Shown here: positions 63,441-64,000 of the stretch, one piece after another | Layout of the letters: every line of letters begins with the position of its first letter | Numbering within the stretch: position 1 is the stretch's first letter | Assembly (NCBI RefSeq): GCF_964204645.1 | Contig: NC_134031.1 | Coordinates: 10,666,088-10,730,087, forward strand | Length of the DNA: 64,000 nt | Direction: 5' to 3' | Source: Tubulanus polymorphus | Lineage: Eukaryota; Animalia; Nemertea | Made by a program: the position numbers and the translations under genes | Notes under the pieces: model-generated | Seen by the model: the letters and a program-made list of their open reading frames with translations, nothing else | What the model was told of the DNA's origin: nothing | Database searches by the model: none

Positions 63441-64000
63441 TATATTTTAATATACCTACTCTATTTTATTACGGGGAACCCCCTATAGTTATCGGGTACC
63501 CCCTTTTAAGATCCCCCTTAGTTACTACTACCCCCAACTACAATGAGTGATATTACGAACAAACTCAGTGGTTGGTCTGATGGTGACATCATATAGGCCG
63601 GAACTACGAGAACAAGAACAAGAACAAGGCATAAAAATCTTGAATATTAAGTGAACAGAACTATTGATTGCAGTGTATTTAACCTCACTTATCAGATCTT
63701 TCGTTAACTTAATGACAGTGTGCTTTGGTTAAGAGTAAACATTTGTTATGAAATGGGGTTTTTACATAGTTTGATAGTCAAAAATGTATCTTATAATTAT
63801 GTGTAAAATACTATTTTCATGTGATAGACAGTATGAGTAGAGATTAGTTGTTTGTCATAGACAGTATTTATCTAGTAATTAACAGCTTTGGAATTAGATA
63901 ATTGTTGTTATCATAGTTTGGATAGTTCATCGTTAATTTGGCAGTGTGTCACAGTTTGGATCACGTCTTGACACTTCTCAGATCTCTACTCGTATTTACT

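Larger units (their letters stand above)
56869..63627 (+). mobile_element. Non-LTR retrotransposon (LINE, APE-RT type; RTE-X/CR1-group-like, clade uncertain), apparently full length, decayed
   Basis: ORF1 with PHD fingers, ORF2 with APE and RT, (GAACAA)3 tail, GGCA on both sides (56865-68 and 63628-31). Confidence 0.92.

Noticed and set aside
51498-64000. Further upstream UBR4 exons
   Set aside because: I could not find a phase-compatible exon with UBR4 similarity; it probably lies beyond the window, although a short divergent exon could have been missed.

Overview
AT-rich animal genomic DNA, most likely a lophotrochozoan invertebrate (inferred from the repeat types). The backbone is the central part of a UBR4 (p600/Pushover/BIG-like N-recognin E3 ligase) gene on the minus strand. 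I traced 26 GT-AG exons by hand between 550 and 51497 (3972 nt, about 1,324 codons, all phases compatible), covering the UBR-box zinc finger, the beta-propeller region and the following DOC-like region. The gene runs off both window ends. Short introns (about 70-170 bp) alternate with kb-scale introns filled with transposable elements. These include many nested non-autonomous Helentron/DINE-1/pearl-type (HINE) elements of several families, MITEs, a tRNA-derived SINE, a decayed Ty3/Gypsy element (41188-48237) and an apparently full-length decayed LINE (56869-63627); both retroelements are antisense to UBR4. The most unusual observations are: (1) the Gypsy element has a third ORF after pol, in the env position, with recognisable SGNH-hydrolase/esterase blocks; (2) its two LTRs are reciprocally truncated, like an RNA copy; (3) one HINE family carries a captured CR1-type reverse-transcriptase fragment and swaps its central cargo between copies. 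All family assignments come from recalled motifs, not from database searches.
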